In this document: positions 32,892 through 42,887 of the stretch, in pieces
Layout of the letters: each line of letters opens with the position of its first letter
Numbering within the stretch: the stretch's first letter is position 1
DNA from: a virus
Virus record (IMG/VR): IMGVR_UViG_3300045988_155865
Coordinates: 60,944-124,943 of that record
DNA length: 64,000 nucleotides
Strand: one strand, 5' to 3'
Made by a program: the position numbers and the translations under genes
Notes under the pieces: model-generated
Databases searched by the model: none
The model's input: only the letters and a program-made list of their open reading frames with translations
Told to the model about the DNA's origin: nothing

Positions 32892-33674
32892 TTATTGCAT
32901 AAACCCAAAATCTTTATTAAGCATTTGTTCTCTTATCTTTTCTTTTTGAACTTCTTCATTATGCTTTTTTACTTCTTCGTTATGCTTTTTTACCAATTCA
33001 TCATGTGTTGTTTTTCTTTTTTGTGCGATTTGAGTGTAATTTGGACGACCATATCCAGCAATCCTACTTGAGTTAATGTCATAACTCTTCGCTTTTACAG
33101 CTCCTCCATTTGCAACAACACCATTATCAGAATTCGTATTTCCTTCAATAGTGTATACAGTATTACCATCTACTTTGTATACTAAACCAGTATGATTAGA
33201 ACCTTCTCCTCTTGTAAAGAAGATTTGGTCTCCTGGCTGAGGTGTTTTATAGAATTGTCCTACTGCTTGAAAATATCCCATAGAAGATACACATGCTGCA
33301 CTACCGTATGGATTTTGATAAGTTATTGTTTTTGCGTCTGCTACACCAAAAGCCGCACAAAAACACCAATCAACAAAGATATCACACCAAGGCTGACCTT
33401 GCATACTTCCTTGATAAAACCCCCAATTTGCTAAATCATTAGCATATTTAGTATAGTTTGCACTTCCTGCATTTGTAGTTTTATCATATAATGAATCATT
33501 TGAATTTTTTTCAAGGTATCCAATTTCAGCATTGGCTATATTTATGATATCCGAAATAGTTTCTGTTATATGTGTATCTAAGGATTTTTCTTCCATACTT
33601 TCTTGCGGCGCTGCGAAGACCGGTGATATTGTACATGATATTACGAGTAATAATGAAATTATTATTTTCTTCAT
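32892..33674 (-). CDS. secreted CHAP-domain peptidoglycan hydrolase
   Basis: ORF track; signal peptide; QGQPWCDIFVDWCFCAAFG (Cys motif); GDQIFFTRGEGSNHTGLV...TIEGNTNSDNG (His motif); no TAG. Confidence 0.7.
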   Translation of the reverse strand: MKKIIISLLLVISCTISPVFAAPQESMEEKSLDTHITETISDIINIANAEIGYLEKNSNDSLYDKTTNAGSANYTKYANDLANWGFYQGSMQGQPWCDIFVDWCFCAAFGVADAKTITYQNPYGSAACVSSMGYFQAVGQFYKTPQPGDQIFFTRGEGSNHTGLVYKVDGNTVYTIEGNTNSDNGVVANGGAVKAKSYDINSSRIAGYGRPNYTQIAQKRKTTHDELVKKHNEEVKKHNEEVQKEKIREQMLNKDFGFMQ

Positions 33675-33875
33675 ATTATGACCTCCCTTGATCTCGTTAG
33701 CAACTTAAATCAAAAGAAAGTATTTAGATATTAAATTTACATTTTAATTCGTGTTTCATCTAACAATAAGTTTGTTAGAACTAATTTATTATAATGAGTA
33801 TATTGAATCCTGGTCAAAGGATACATTTCTTCATTATTTAAAAAATAATTAATTATAATAAATTTGCGTTGCTCA

Positions 33876-35207
33876 TCACATATTATTAGCGATTGTCGCT
33901 ATGCGACTTCTATGTATTTGGCCAAGTTCTATTTCACCATATAAATCTTGACCTCGAAATACTTCTGACATTCTCTTCATGCCATTATTAGCACCAGAAA
34001 ATGCTTGTGAGTCAACTTGAGCTTCACAGTCGCCATCTATTATAACAAGACTATCTTCCCCAATGCGCTGAAGCGCAAGTTTCATTAAAGATATATCCAT
34101 GTTTTGAGCTTCTGTGATATAAATGCCAGCGTTCATTCCTGAAGTATCATATCCTCTGACATCACTCATAGGAAGTAAAATTAAAGTCCCCTCTTTTATT
34201 AATTGTTCTACTACGATTTTACTTCCTAGTTTGCTACTTAAAAAATTTCCTATTTGAGAATCAAGAAGTTTCTCATCTCGACTACCAGGATAAAATCCTA
34301 ATCGTGCAGAATTTTTAGTAGCCACTGTATTACAAAATATAATGATTTTATCAATTTTATGTTTTTCTAATTGATAAAACAAATAACTTAGCGCTATCAT
34401 TGATTTTCCAGAGCCAGCTGGCCCCTTAAGCATTGTTATTTGATTATTTAATAAACTATCAAACGCGCAACGTTGATATTTATCATCTTTTATAGGCTTA
34501 ATTTCGCCAAACATTGAAGATTCAAAATTTCCAAATGTAAGATGCCTATATTCATTTCCAGTCCAGCAAAGAGTATCAACAAGTTCTCCTTGTAAATTTT
34601 CTATAAACACGTATTCATTAATATAATGATTCTCTATTGGAACATCAAGATGTTGATAAAGATTACTCATTTCTTCATCTGACATATTTAAAGTGGTATA
34701 ACCTTTATAAAAATCTACCTCATTAGGGTTAACAGAATAAATAGAATCTTCCCCAAAAAATAAATTAGCAATATTAGCTAAAGATAAATCATTTGTAAAA
34801 AAGACTGTTGCGTCTGAAGCAACATTTTCATCATACCAAATAGCGGCTGCTAATATTTTTAAATCTGGAGTAATTGTTTGAATACCCTTTTCATAAATAG
34901 GATTCAACATTTCATCTTTAAAGCAAATTATTTCAATTTTTGTCGGAAAATCATTCAAAAAATGTATAATTTTTCTTGCAGTTTGTTTAATATTATCATC
35001 TTTTTTAAATGAAGTTTTTATATTTTCTAATTCTTCTAATACTGTTGTAGAAATAACAATATTTTCTTCACAAGTTAATAAATAATTTGCTTTTTCTAAT
35101 AAAGCACTTGTATCATAAAAATGATAATTATTCATCATCTTCGTCATAAAATTCCTCCTCAGCTGGCATTTGGAAACCAATAGAATGAGATACTGTATTT
35201 TCATCAA
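33876..35207 (-). CDS. phoH: PhoH-like ATPase with N-terminal PIN domain
   Basis: ORF track; GPAGSGKS Walker A; PIN-like N-terminus. Confidence 0.75.
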   Translation of the reverse strand: MMKIQYLILLVSKCQLRRNFMTKMMNNYHFYDTSALLEKANYLLTCEENIVISTTVLEELENIKTSFKKDDNIKQTARKIIHFLNDFPTKIEIICFKDEMLNPIYEKGIQTITPDLKILAAAIWYDENVASDATVFFTNDLSLANIANLFFGEDSIYSVNPNEVDFYKGYTTLNMSDEEMSNLYQHLDVPIENHYINEYVFIENLQGELVDTLCWTGNEYRHLTFGNFESSMFGEIKPIKDDKYQRCAFDSLLNNQITMLKGPAGSGKSMIALSYLFYQLEKHKIDKIIIFCNTVATKNSARLGFYPGSRDEKLLDSQIGNFLSSKLGSKIVVEQLIKEGTLILLPMSDVRGYDTSGMNAGIYITEAQNMDISLMKLALQRIGEDSLVIIDGDCEAQVDSQAFSGANNGMKRMSEVFRGQDLYGEIELGQIHRSRIATIANNM

Positions 35208-35361
35208 CTGATAACTGTTCTATTTCTTTTTGCGATCTTGCAATATTACAATGTAATTTCAGTTTTAAGCAATCAATAGCGGTACAAATTAGTTCTACTA
35301 TTTGATTTGCTATTGGTATTGCAACAGCATATATCGCCATACCAATGATTATTAAAAACAA
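35128..35361 (-). CDS. small membrane/acidic protein
   Basis: ORF track; overlaps phoH start. Confidence 0.3.
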   Translation of the reverse strand: MFLIIIGMAIYAVAIPIANQIVELICTAIDCLKLKLHCNIARSQKEIEQLSVDENTVSHSIGFQMPAEEEFYDEDDE

Positions 35362-35408
35362 AGAGTATCACTCTCCTCTCGTTTTTCCTAATTTTTTATT
35401 AAATTAAA

Positions 35409-35858
35409 TTATTTATTTTCGCCCTCAGCACGCATTTCTCTAATTTTTGTTCGAAGATTATCTTTTGAGATAATATATTCTTTAAGCTCTTCTTCAGTGT
35501 TTTTTATCATTTCTTGAAAGGTATTAATTTCTTCTTCAATATCCTTTATAGTTCTATAAATGCGTTTTGCTTCATACGATTTATAATTAAAATGTTTACT
35601 TTGTCTCATTGAATCATATAAATGGTTAAAAGTTTTTAAAGTTGGTTTTAATTCATTTTTTACATGATGTTTTAAAATACGTAATACTGCTCGCTTTGAA
35701 GCAATTGAGTATCCAACTAATTCGCTTTCTAAATCTTGATCATCAGGATGGCATTTAGCTTCACCGATAAAAATATTACCAATATCATCTACAATGCCAC
35801 ATAAATAAGTGTGATCTTGTTTTTCAAAATAAGGTTCTTTTACTATTCTTATACCCAT
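35409..35858 (-). CDS. hypothetical protein
   Basis: ORF track; family promoter upstream. Confidence 0.45.
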   Translation of the reverse strand: MGIRIVKEPYFEKQDHTYLCGIVDDIGNIFIGEAKCHPDDQDLESELVGYSIASKRAVLRILKHHVKNELKPTLKTFNHLYDSMRQSKHFNYKSYEAKRIYRTIKDIEEEINTFQEMIKNTEEELKEYIISKDNLRTKIREMRAEGENK

Positions 35859-35886
35859 ATTTTTAACTCCTTTTTATTTTTTTATA

Positions 35887-35945
35887 TAAATATAATATCA
35901 TAAAATATAAAAAAAATCAAACACTCTTCAATAAAGAGTGTTTGA
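35887..35945 (-). promoter_or_regulatory. hairpin terminator (AAACACTCTT...AAGAGTGTTT) followed by a family promoter (TTGATT - 17 nt - TGATATTAT)
   Basis: Seen in sequence between the SLH-protein gene end and the 35409..35858 start. Confidence 0.55.
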
Positions 35946-35950
35946 AAAAA

Positions 35951-37766
35951 TTAATATTCTATTTGACCATTAAATTGATCTAGTTTATTTCTGATATTAT
36001 TTTGTCTAAGCTGTAAATCTACAAAGCCATCTTTATCATAAGCGCTTGTTGCTCTTAAACAAGTTTCATAAGCCCAATGATTAGGATTCATATCAACAAT
36101 AGAATAAATTTCTGGAGTAATTTTAATACCATCTGTGGTCACAAGTGAAGCTTCAGTTCTTCCAATGATATTATTAAATAATTGACAAAATTCCGCTCTA
36201 GTCATATAAGAATCTGGATTAAATATTTTGTCTTCAATACCTTCCATATATCCATAGGCTGTAATTGTATTAATTTCATTTTTATAGATATTATTTTCAA
36301 TATCGTTATAATAGTTAAAATTTCCAGTAGCATTTAAATCAAGACTTTTAACAATTAAATTTGCAACTTCAGCTCGTGTAATGTTACCTAATTGCACTGG
36401 TTTTGAAAATCCACCTTTGCTATCAACATAAGTTAGACCTCTTATGAACCAAGTATCAGTGTAAGCATTCGTTTTGTCTGTAATAGGATAAATTTTGTTA
36501 TAAGAATTATACTTTTGATCTACCATACGAGTAATCATTGCAGATACTTGCTCAATTGTTACATAATCATCTAGACCCATATAAATAGAAGTTTTATCTT
36601 CTGTAATTTCTGGTTCATAACCAAAAATATAAGCATATGTAATACCAGTTAAATCTATACCTTTTTCTATTTTAATATCATTGTTTTTTGTGATAGCGTC
36701 ATCTTTTTGATATATAATTCTGCCACAACCATTTAATAATAAAGAATCAGTATATAATTGACCATATAAAGCAGAACTTCCAGTTATCTTTGTACTTGCG
36801 GTTGGCGCATATAAAGTGCCATATAAATCAGATCTATTATCAATTAATACTTCATTGGCTTTAGTATTAATATTACTATGAATATTTGAGCTTCCTAATA
36901 TTTTTATATTATTATTGGTATTAATTTCTTTAGCTGATATTTGAGCATTTGAGAAATTTACATCGTTATCAATATAAATATAAGTATTGTCAATACTACC
37001 TTTATCTTCTATTGGCCATTTAGTATTATCTTTATTCACTAAAAATGGAATATTGTCTGGGAGTTTCTTTATATAAATGTAAGCTTTATTGTCTCCTATA
37101 ACTCTTATATTAATATTTTGTGAATTTGAAGTAATTTCATCAATAACAACAGTTACATCTTTATTTGTCGTATCAATTGTTAATGCTGGACCATATGAAC
37201 CATTCATAGTAACCATTTTCATATAGGTATCTTCATTTATAGTTTTTGCAGAATTATTATAAACATTTAATTCTATTTCATCTATAACATTAGCAATCTC
37301 AGGTATAATAAAACCATCATAAGAATAGTTAAAAGAAGTATTTTTATCATTAATACTACCTTTATATTCTGGCTTTACACTATAATAAGTAATGTTATCT
37401 CTTGTTTCAGAGGTGTTTGTATGAATATATCCTTCACAAACATGAGATAAATTATTTATTTCATCTACGTCAATAGAACTTTCAGTTCCAGAAATAAGTA
37501 ATCCATTTACTACGTTGCCATACCCATCTGCAAAATAAATGTTACCATTAGAATAAATACTACCATCAATTAAAGTAGAAGTTTCCATAACTTTAACGTT
37601 GTTATTTGCAATAACTGCTAAGTTCATTTCTCCATCTGGATCTATTGACGTATATCCAATAGATTCATACGTTTGGTTATCATAATATTGTGGGGGTTGC
37701 GCAAAAGCGTTAATTGAACCAAATATCAGCGCACAAGCACATATGATGCTAATTATTTTTTTTCAT
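35951..37766 (-). CDS. secreted large protein with three C-terminal SLH domains; ATG-A8 homopolymer puts signal-peptide codons 1-3 one nt out of frame
   Basis: ORF 35951..37627 extends upstream in frame to KKIISIICACALIFGSINAFA (signal peptide), but the ATG sits before an A8 run in the +1 frame. SLH motifs: GFSKPVQLGNITRAEVANLIV, FNPDSYMTRAEFCQLFNNII. Confidence 0.6.
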
Positions 37767-37915
37767 AATATACATATCTCCTTTTTTTAATTATTTTATT
37801 CCTTAATTATAATATACCAAAAATTTTAGAAAAAGTCAAATTTAGACAATTTGCTCAAAAATTTTGTGTACGCGATTTTTTACCAAGAACGGTCGCTATC
37901 TGCAACAGCGATAAT

Positions 37916-37950
37916 AAAAAAGAGTAGAGATTTCTCTCTACTCTTTTTTA
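37916..37950 (-). terminator. hairpin terminator AGAGTAGAGA TTTC TCTCTACTCT flanked by A6/T6
   Basis: Directly downstream of the flotillin-like gene. Confidence 0.6.
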
Positions 37951-39429
37951 TTACTGAGCAGCCTTACCACCAACATAGCCAGCGATAATTTGACTAATAT
38001 CAATGCCTGTAGATTCTTTTAGACCTTCAAGAATTTGATTTGAAGTCTTCATTACATCTCCTACAAGTTTTGCTTGATTACCTTCACCATAAAGAGTAAT
38101 CTTATCAACATTTGTAAGAGGTGCCGCAGCATTAGCTACAATCTCAGGAAGGGCTCCAAGATACATCTCAAGAATTGAAGCTTCACCCATTTTCTTTTGC
38201 GCTTCTGCCATTTTCTCAGTAGCTTCAGCTTTCGCAAGACCAACAGCCGCAATACCAGCAGCTTCCTGTTCTTTTGCATATCTACTTGCGTCAGCCTTAG
38301 CTTTAGCTGCTTTAGCTTCCATTTCAACTTCATATGCCTTAGCTTCAGCAGCCTTTTGTCTGCTTACAAGATCAGCTTCAGCTTCCTTTTCTGCTGCGTA
38401 CTTATCAGCATCTGCTTGCTTACGAACAAGAGCATCAAGTTCATACTCCTTAAGCTCGATTTGCTTTTGCTTAAGTTCAGCTTCACGTTCTGCCTTTGCA
38501 ATATTTGCATTTGTAGAGGCTACTTCTTGTAGCTTTCTCTGATTCTCAGCTTCAATTGCGCTCGCCGCATTTGCCTGAGCGTTTTGAGTATCTACTTCTT
38601 TCTTTAGAGAAGCCTTTTTCTGTGCAAGTTCAGCCTGTTTAGCTGCGATTTCAGCTTCAGCTGCAACTTTAGCATCATTAGCTACCATTGCGGCATTTGC
38701 TTTTTCAACAGCGACATCCTTGTCAGCGTTTGCTTTTGCAATAGCTGCATCTTTCTGAATTTGAGACATATTATCTTGACCTAGTGCATTGATTAGACCA
38801 TTTTCATCAAGAAGTTTTTGGATATTACAAGATTCAATCCAGATACCAAGCGCATTCATATCTTTCTGCGCCTTAGCTTGTACTTCATCACCAAAAGCTT
38901 TTCTGTCTTGACAAAGTTTTCTTAGTGTTTGAGTACCAATGATTTCTCTCATATTACCCTGAAGAGATTCTGTTAGTTGGTCTCTAATCCTTTTCTCATC
39001 AAGATTTAAGAAGTTTCTTAAAGCTGCATCAACCATTCTTCGAGTGATAATCTTTGTACCTTTCTTATTGTCTACTCCTGGTAGGAATTTAACATTTCCT
39101 TCGTTGTCAATTTCAGCAGTTATATCTGCCTCTGTTAACACTCTAACTTTCGCAATAGCATCAATATCTACTCCGATAAAATCTTCCGTAGGAATGTAAC
39201 CATTCGTTTTAATATCAACACTTAACTGTTTAAGGATTAATTTATCCAATCTTTCAAAGAAAGGAATCTTAATACCGGCTTTACCAATAATTACCCTTGG
39301 TTTTTTCTTAATACCAGAAATAATATAGGCTGTATCCGGCGGAGCCTTAATGTAACCAGTTACTGCAATAATAATCACAAAAAGTACAATTATTGCTGGA
39401 ATAGCAATAGATAGAATTGAAGATAACAT
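37951..39429 (-). CDS. flotillin-like SPFH/band-7 membrane protein with Ala/Glu/Lys-rich coiled coil
   Basis: ORF track; N-terminal TM helix; SPFH region; long EA-repeat coiled coil typical of FloT/YuaG; no TAG. Confidence 0.7.
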   Translation of the reverse strand: MLSSILSIAIPAIIVLFVIIIAVTGYIKAPPDTAYIISGIKKKPRVIIGKAGIKIPFFERLDKLILKQLSVDIKTNGYIPTEDFIGVDIDAIAKVRVLTEADITAEIDNEGNVKFLPGVDNKKGTKIITRRMVDAALRNFLNLDEKRIRDQLTESLQGNMREIIGTQTLRKLCQDRKAFGDEVQAKAQKDMNALGIWIESCNIQKLLDENGLINALGQDNMSQIQKDAAIAKANADKDVAVEKANAAMVANDAKVAAEAEIAAKQAELAQKKASLKKEVDTQNAQANAASAIEAENQRKLQEVASTNANIAKAEREAELKQKQIELKEYELDALVRKQADADKYAAEKEAEADLVSRQKAAEAKAYEVEMEAKAAKAKADASRYAKEQEAAGIAAVGLAKAEATEKMAEAQKKMGEASILEMYLGALPEIVANAAAPLTNVDKITLYGEGNQAKLVGDVMKTSNQILEGLKESTGIDISQIIAGYVGGKAAQ

Positions 39430-39624
39430 ATAATCTTACTCCTTTTTTTAATAATATATTTTAATTTTTTAAAAAAAATTAACAATGTAATTTAATATTA
39501 TAATTTTTACCTATAATATAAGCTGTTAAATACTTCTAAGTATATTTTTCATAAAAGCGTTTAAGCCATTTTGTTCATACTTTTTATAAAATATTTCTAA
39601 GACATAATTTTATAATACTTCCTT

Positions 39625-40182
39625 TCAACAAAATATAAAAGAAGGATCATTCTTGACCGTAGAAATTTCAGTGATAATGTCATCTAAAAGAATAGGATAA
39701 CAGTCATGACTATCTACTCCTACGTGATACATTTTATAATTATGTTCATAAAAATTAGTTATTTGATGTGTATGACCAAATAATCCATACACAGGCTGTG
39801 AGTTGTCTCCATTGGCAACAATTGTAGGATAATGAGTGAGTATAAATCCCATTTTTTTATATTTTATTCGATAACCCATTTGAATATCTTCAAAAATGCC
39901 AGCGTCTTCATAAGCTTTCAGTTTAGTTGAACTATCGTGATTCCCAAAAGCTAAATATTTATGACCATTAAACTTGTTAAGAAAATCAATTACTTCTGCG
40001 GTTACTGGTCCACCAACCGCGCAATCACCAAGTATATAAACCGTATCTTCTGGACTAACTACCTCATTATGTCGCTTAAGAATTTCACTATTCATTTCAT
40101 CAACAGTTTTAAAACCTCTTGACTCGAATATAAAGTCTTTATTGTGACCTACATGCCAATCTGATGTCAGCCAAATTTTCAT
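39625..40182 (-). CDS. calcineurin-like metallophosphoesterase
   Basis: ORF track; DWHVGH, GDCAVGG, GNHD, GHTH motifs. Confidence 0.7.
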   Translation of the reverse strand: MKIWLTSDWHVGHNKDFIFESRGFKTVDEMNSEILKRHNEVVSPEDTVYILGDCAVGGPVTAEVIDFLNKFNGHKYLAFGNHDSSTKLKAYEDAGIFEDIQMGYRIKYKKMGFILTHYPTIVANGDNSQPVYGLFGHTHQITNFYEHNYKMYHVGVDSHDCYPILLDDIITEISTVKNDPSFIFC

Positions 40183-40360
40183 TTTATATCATCTCCTTTT
40201 TTGAGTTGTTACACTCATATCATAAATTTTAATTATTTTGTTATGTTATGTTTCTCTTTATTAACAGGAAACTCGATATTAACTTTATATCTATATACGG
40301 AAAATATTTTTATTTTATTATTATTAAAAAAATAAAATAATGAATTTGTTTAAAATTGAC

Positions 40361-40960
40361 TTATATTTTTATAATATGCCAATCGGAATAAAGCCATGCT
40401 TTAGGCATTTCAACCACAGCCCTTTCCATAAGTATTGCTTCAAATTCATCGACAAAAATAATTTGCTTTGTATGATAAGTATTTAGCTCATCTTCTGTTG
40501 GAGGTGTAAAACTATTATACATAGATTTCAGCGCCTCTTCTGGAACATACTCTCTTCCGTCTCTTTGAGAATTTCTATTTAAACAAACGTCTAAAGAAGT
40601 AGAACAAACTATAAAATTTACATTGATATTCGACAAATCAAAATTATGAAGTAATTTATGTCTTGATTTAGGAGAAAGATGAGTTGCGTCGGCAATAACA
40701 TCAGTAAGCTTTGGATTTTCTAAATCCTCTTTTATTGATAAGACAAAATTATTCCATACAGTATCTTCGTGGTCAAAATATTCTCCACCAAGAGTATCAA
40801 GTATATTAAATCTTATAGCATCTCTTGAAATAATTTCAGTATTTTTAGCCTTTGTCAATTCATTAAATTTATTTCTGACGAACCAGCTTTTGCCCGAGCC
40901 GGGCGTTCCTACTGTAAGCCAAAGATTCTTCTGCTTCATCTTTAAAGTCTCCCCTTTCAA
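40361..40960 (-). CDS. polynucleotide 5'-kinase-like P-loop kinase (T4 Pnk kinase-domain-like)
   Basis: ORF track; LTVGTPGSGKSWFVRNKF matches T4 Pnk LTIGCPGSGKSTWAREF; downstream D/R motifs. Confidence 0.6.
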   Translation of the reverse strand: MKGETLKMKQKNLWLTVGTPGSGKSWFVRNKFNELTKAKNTEIISRDAIRFNILDTLGGEYFDHEDTVWNNFVLSIKEDLENPKLTDVIADATHLSPKSRHKLLHNFDLSNINVNFIVCSTSLDVCLNRNSQRDGREYVPEEALKSMYNSFTPPTEDELNTYHTKQIIFVDEFEAILMERAVVEMPKAWLYSDWHIIKI

Positions 40961-41150
40961 ATTGTTCTTTAAATATTTTCACTTCTTCTTCATTTTTACA
41001 TTCAACGCAATTAATTTCTTCTTTACAATGGTAACAATACAATCTTTTTCTATGAAATTTTTCGTGCATTTTTCCATCTTTACGGGGAATAGAAAAATTT
41101 TTTTGACCACATTTTATACAATAAAAATCATTTAAAACATAATTAGCCAT
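40869..41150 (-). CDS. zinc-ribbon protein
   Basis: ORF track; CxxC...CxxC pairs; C-terminus overlaps the kinase start so the true end is uncertain. Confidence 0.35.
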   Translation of the reverse strand: MANYVLNDFYCIKCGQKNFSIPRKDGKMHEKFHRKRLYCYHCKEEINCVECKNEEEVKIFKEQFERGDFKDEAEESLAYSRNARLGQKLVRQK

Positions 41151-41388
41151 TCTGTGTATAACCTCCTGATGACATTGGGATTAGCCATCCAAGCAAAAGT
41201 TTTAATCCAAGCATCTGCCAGAAACTTAGTGCAGGAAGTCCAAAAACTCCTACCGCAACGATTCCCCAAAGCCAAATAGCAATTGCGTTAAAAATTACAA
41301 ACAAAATAGCAATCACCAGTACTGCTCCTATAATGACAAGACAACTGCAATCATCCTCTGTAATTCTTTTATAAATTTTACTAAACAT
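41143..41388 (-). CDS. small two-TM membrane protein
   Basis: ORF track; hydrophobic. Confidence 0.4.
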   Translation of the reverse strand: MFSKIYKRITEDDCSCLVIIGAVLVIAILFVIFNAIAIWLWGIVAVGVFGLPALSFWQMLGLKLLLGWLIPMSSGGYTQNG

Positions 41389-41466
41389 ATTTTATCAATT
41401 CCTTTCTTTTTTTTATTTTCTTTATATAATTATTATAATATATTTTTTAAAAATAATCAATAAAGA

Positions 41467-42144
41467 TTATTGAATTATAACTTTTTCAAAAGTATCAAGA
41501 TTTAAAAGAACTGCGATATTAGTCCAAACACTTCCGCAATCTATACATATCTTTTGATTATTGTTGTAGTAGAAAGGAATATATTCTTCTGTCTTTTTAA
41601 TATTTTTATTAAAGCCACGCTCTTCCATTAAACAAGGAATTGGAGTATGACCATGAACTATGATTATATTTTTCTCTACCTTTTCATCTCTTACATAATG
41701 AGTTCTGTTCCAAAGAGGATCTGTTAAACTGCCAGAGTGTGTTAGTATGATATTTTTACCAGAAGTATTTGTATAACAGACAAGCTTATCAAGTTTGGCA
41801 ATTTGATTTATAAAATTCATATTTGAACCATCTGATCTCCAACAGTTAAAAGTTGTTCGGCCTCCATTCGCCTTGTGTAAAGACTGATTTTCATTTTCCA
41901 TATTGGCTGGATCTTTATATTCTCTTGCGGCTTTCACAAATAAATCTTCATGATTTCCCTTTAAATACAAAATATTATCTCTTGATAAAGCATCTTTCAT
42001 CATCTCATAGCCATACTTACCTCTATCACATAAGTCACCAAGTATTACTAATGTATCTTCTGGCTTAATAGTTTCTAATATTTTATCATACAAATTCTTT
42101 TGACCGTGTAAATCAGAACAACACCATATGCTCATATTTATCAA
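41467..42144 (-). CDS. PPP-family Ser/Thr phosphatase / metallophosphoesterase (lambda-PPase-like)
   Basis: ORF track; CSDLHGQ, GDLCDRG, GNHE, HGHT motifs. Confidence 0.7.
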   Translation of the reverse strand: MINMSIWCCSDLHGQKNLYDKILETIKPEDTLVILGDLCDRGKYGYEMMKDALSRDNILYLKGNHEDLFVKAAREYKDPANMENENQSLHKANGGRTTFNCWRSDGSNMNFINQIAKLDKLVCYTNTSGKNIILTHSGSLTDPLWNRTHYVRDEKVEKNIIIVHGHTPIPCLMEERGFNKNIKKTEEYIPFYYNNNQKICIDCGSVWTNIAVLLNLDTFEKVIIQ

Positions 42145-42207
42145 CCCTTTCTATAATTTTTTATTTATTTTTATATAAATATATTATCATATTTTTATAT
42201 AAAAATA

Positions 42208-42232
42208 AAGGAAGATTTTTAATCTTCCTTTA
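42208..42232 (-). terminator. hairpin terminator AAAGGAAGATT TTTA AATCTTCCTTT
   Basis: Overlaps the NADAR gene stop; T-rich tail on the minus strand. Confidence 0.5.
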
Positions 42233-42698
42233 TTTCTTTTCTTATTTGAATTAAAAGCTGACCTAAATTATTGTAACCTATTTTGTTTTTGCATTTATTA
42301 CAATAACAGTCACCCCAGAAATTATCATGCCAAATATTTCCTTCCACAAGGATAGTACCTTCAGTTGCCAAGAGACGTTCGCGCAATTCAGGGATAGAAA
42401 ATTTTTCTTTTAAGTAATACTTCATAATATCAAGCTTTACATCTTCCCAATCTTCTCTTACCTTGATGTGTCTTCCAGTAAATTTAGCTTCCGCAGGAGT
42501 AGCAAGTTCAGAGAGTTGCTTGCGTTCCGAACGACTTAATGTTTTAGCTGCTTGAAAGGCATGCTCTACCGTTGGATATTTTATATCTGGATAATCAATA
42601 TCTGCAATTAAATTGTGTTTATAAAAGTTGCTTAAAAAAGCATAATTATCAGCAAAACTTATTATTGTTCCTTGCATATCATTTCCTCCTACACGCAA
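42219..42698 (-). CDS. NADAR (YbiA-like/DUF1768) domain protein
   Basis: ORF track; FLSNFY...VEHAFQAAK signature. Confidence 0.6.
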   Translation of the reverse strand: MRVGGNDMQGTIISFADNYAFLSNFYKHNLIADIDYPDIKYPTVEHAFQAAKTLSRSERKQLSELATPAEAKFTGRHIKVREDWEDVKLDIMKYYLKEKFSIPELRERLLATEGTILVEGNIWHDNFWGDCYCNKCKNKIGYNNLGQLLIQIRKEIKED

Positions 42699-42887
42699 TC
42701 TTGTGAAAAATAAGAACTAAGACCAATTATTTTGCCCGTATAGTTCCATCATTATAAACTCTAAATCGAAGAATATCTCCTCCCATAGAGACTGTGAACT
42801 CATAAAAATCTGGGGTTTCATGAGCTTCTATTATATAATCATAACCAATCTCTTCATCAAGTATTTTTTGAGCTTCTTGAAAAATCA

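Noticed and set aside
38136-38532. ORFs 38136..38333 (-) and 38197..38532 (+) inside the flotillin-like gene
   Set aside because: Alternative-frame artefacts of the GC-rich Ala/Glu/Lys repeat; translations are repetitive L/K/R strings.
40869-41150. C-terminal ~25 aa of the Zn-ribbon ORF overlapping the kinase start
   Set aside because: The overlap is in a different frame and long (70-90 nt); the true 3' end or the true kinase start (possibly Met at ~40939) is uncertain, so confidence is kept low rather than calling a fusion.
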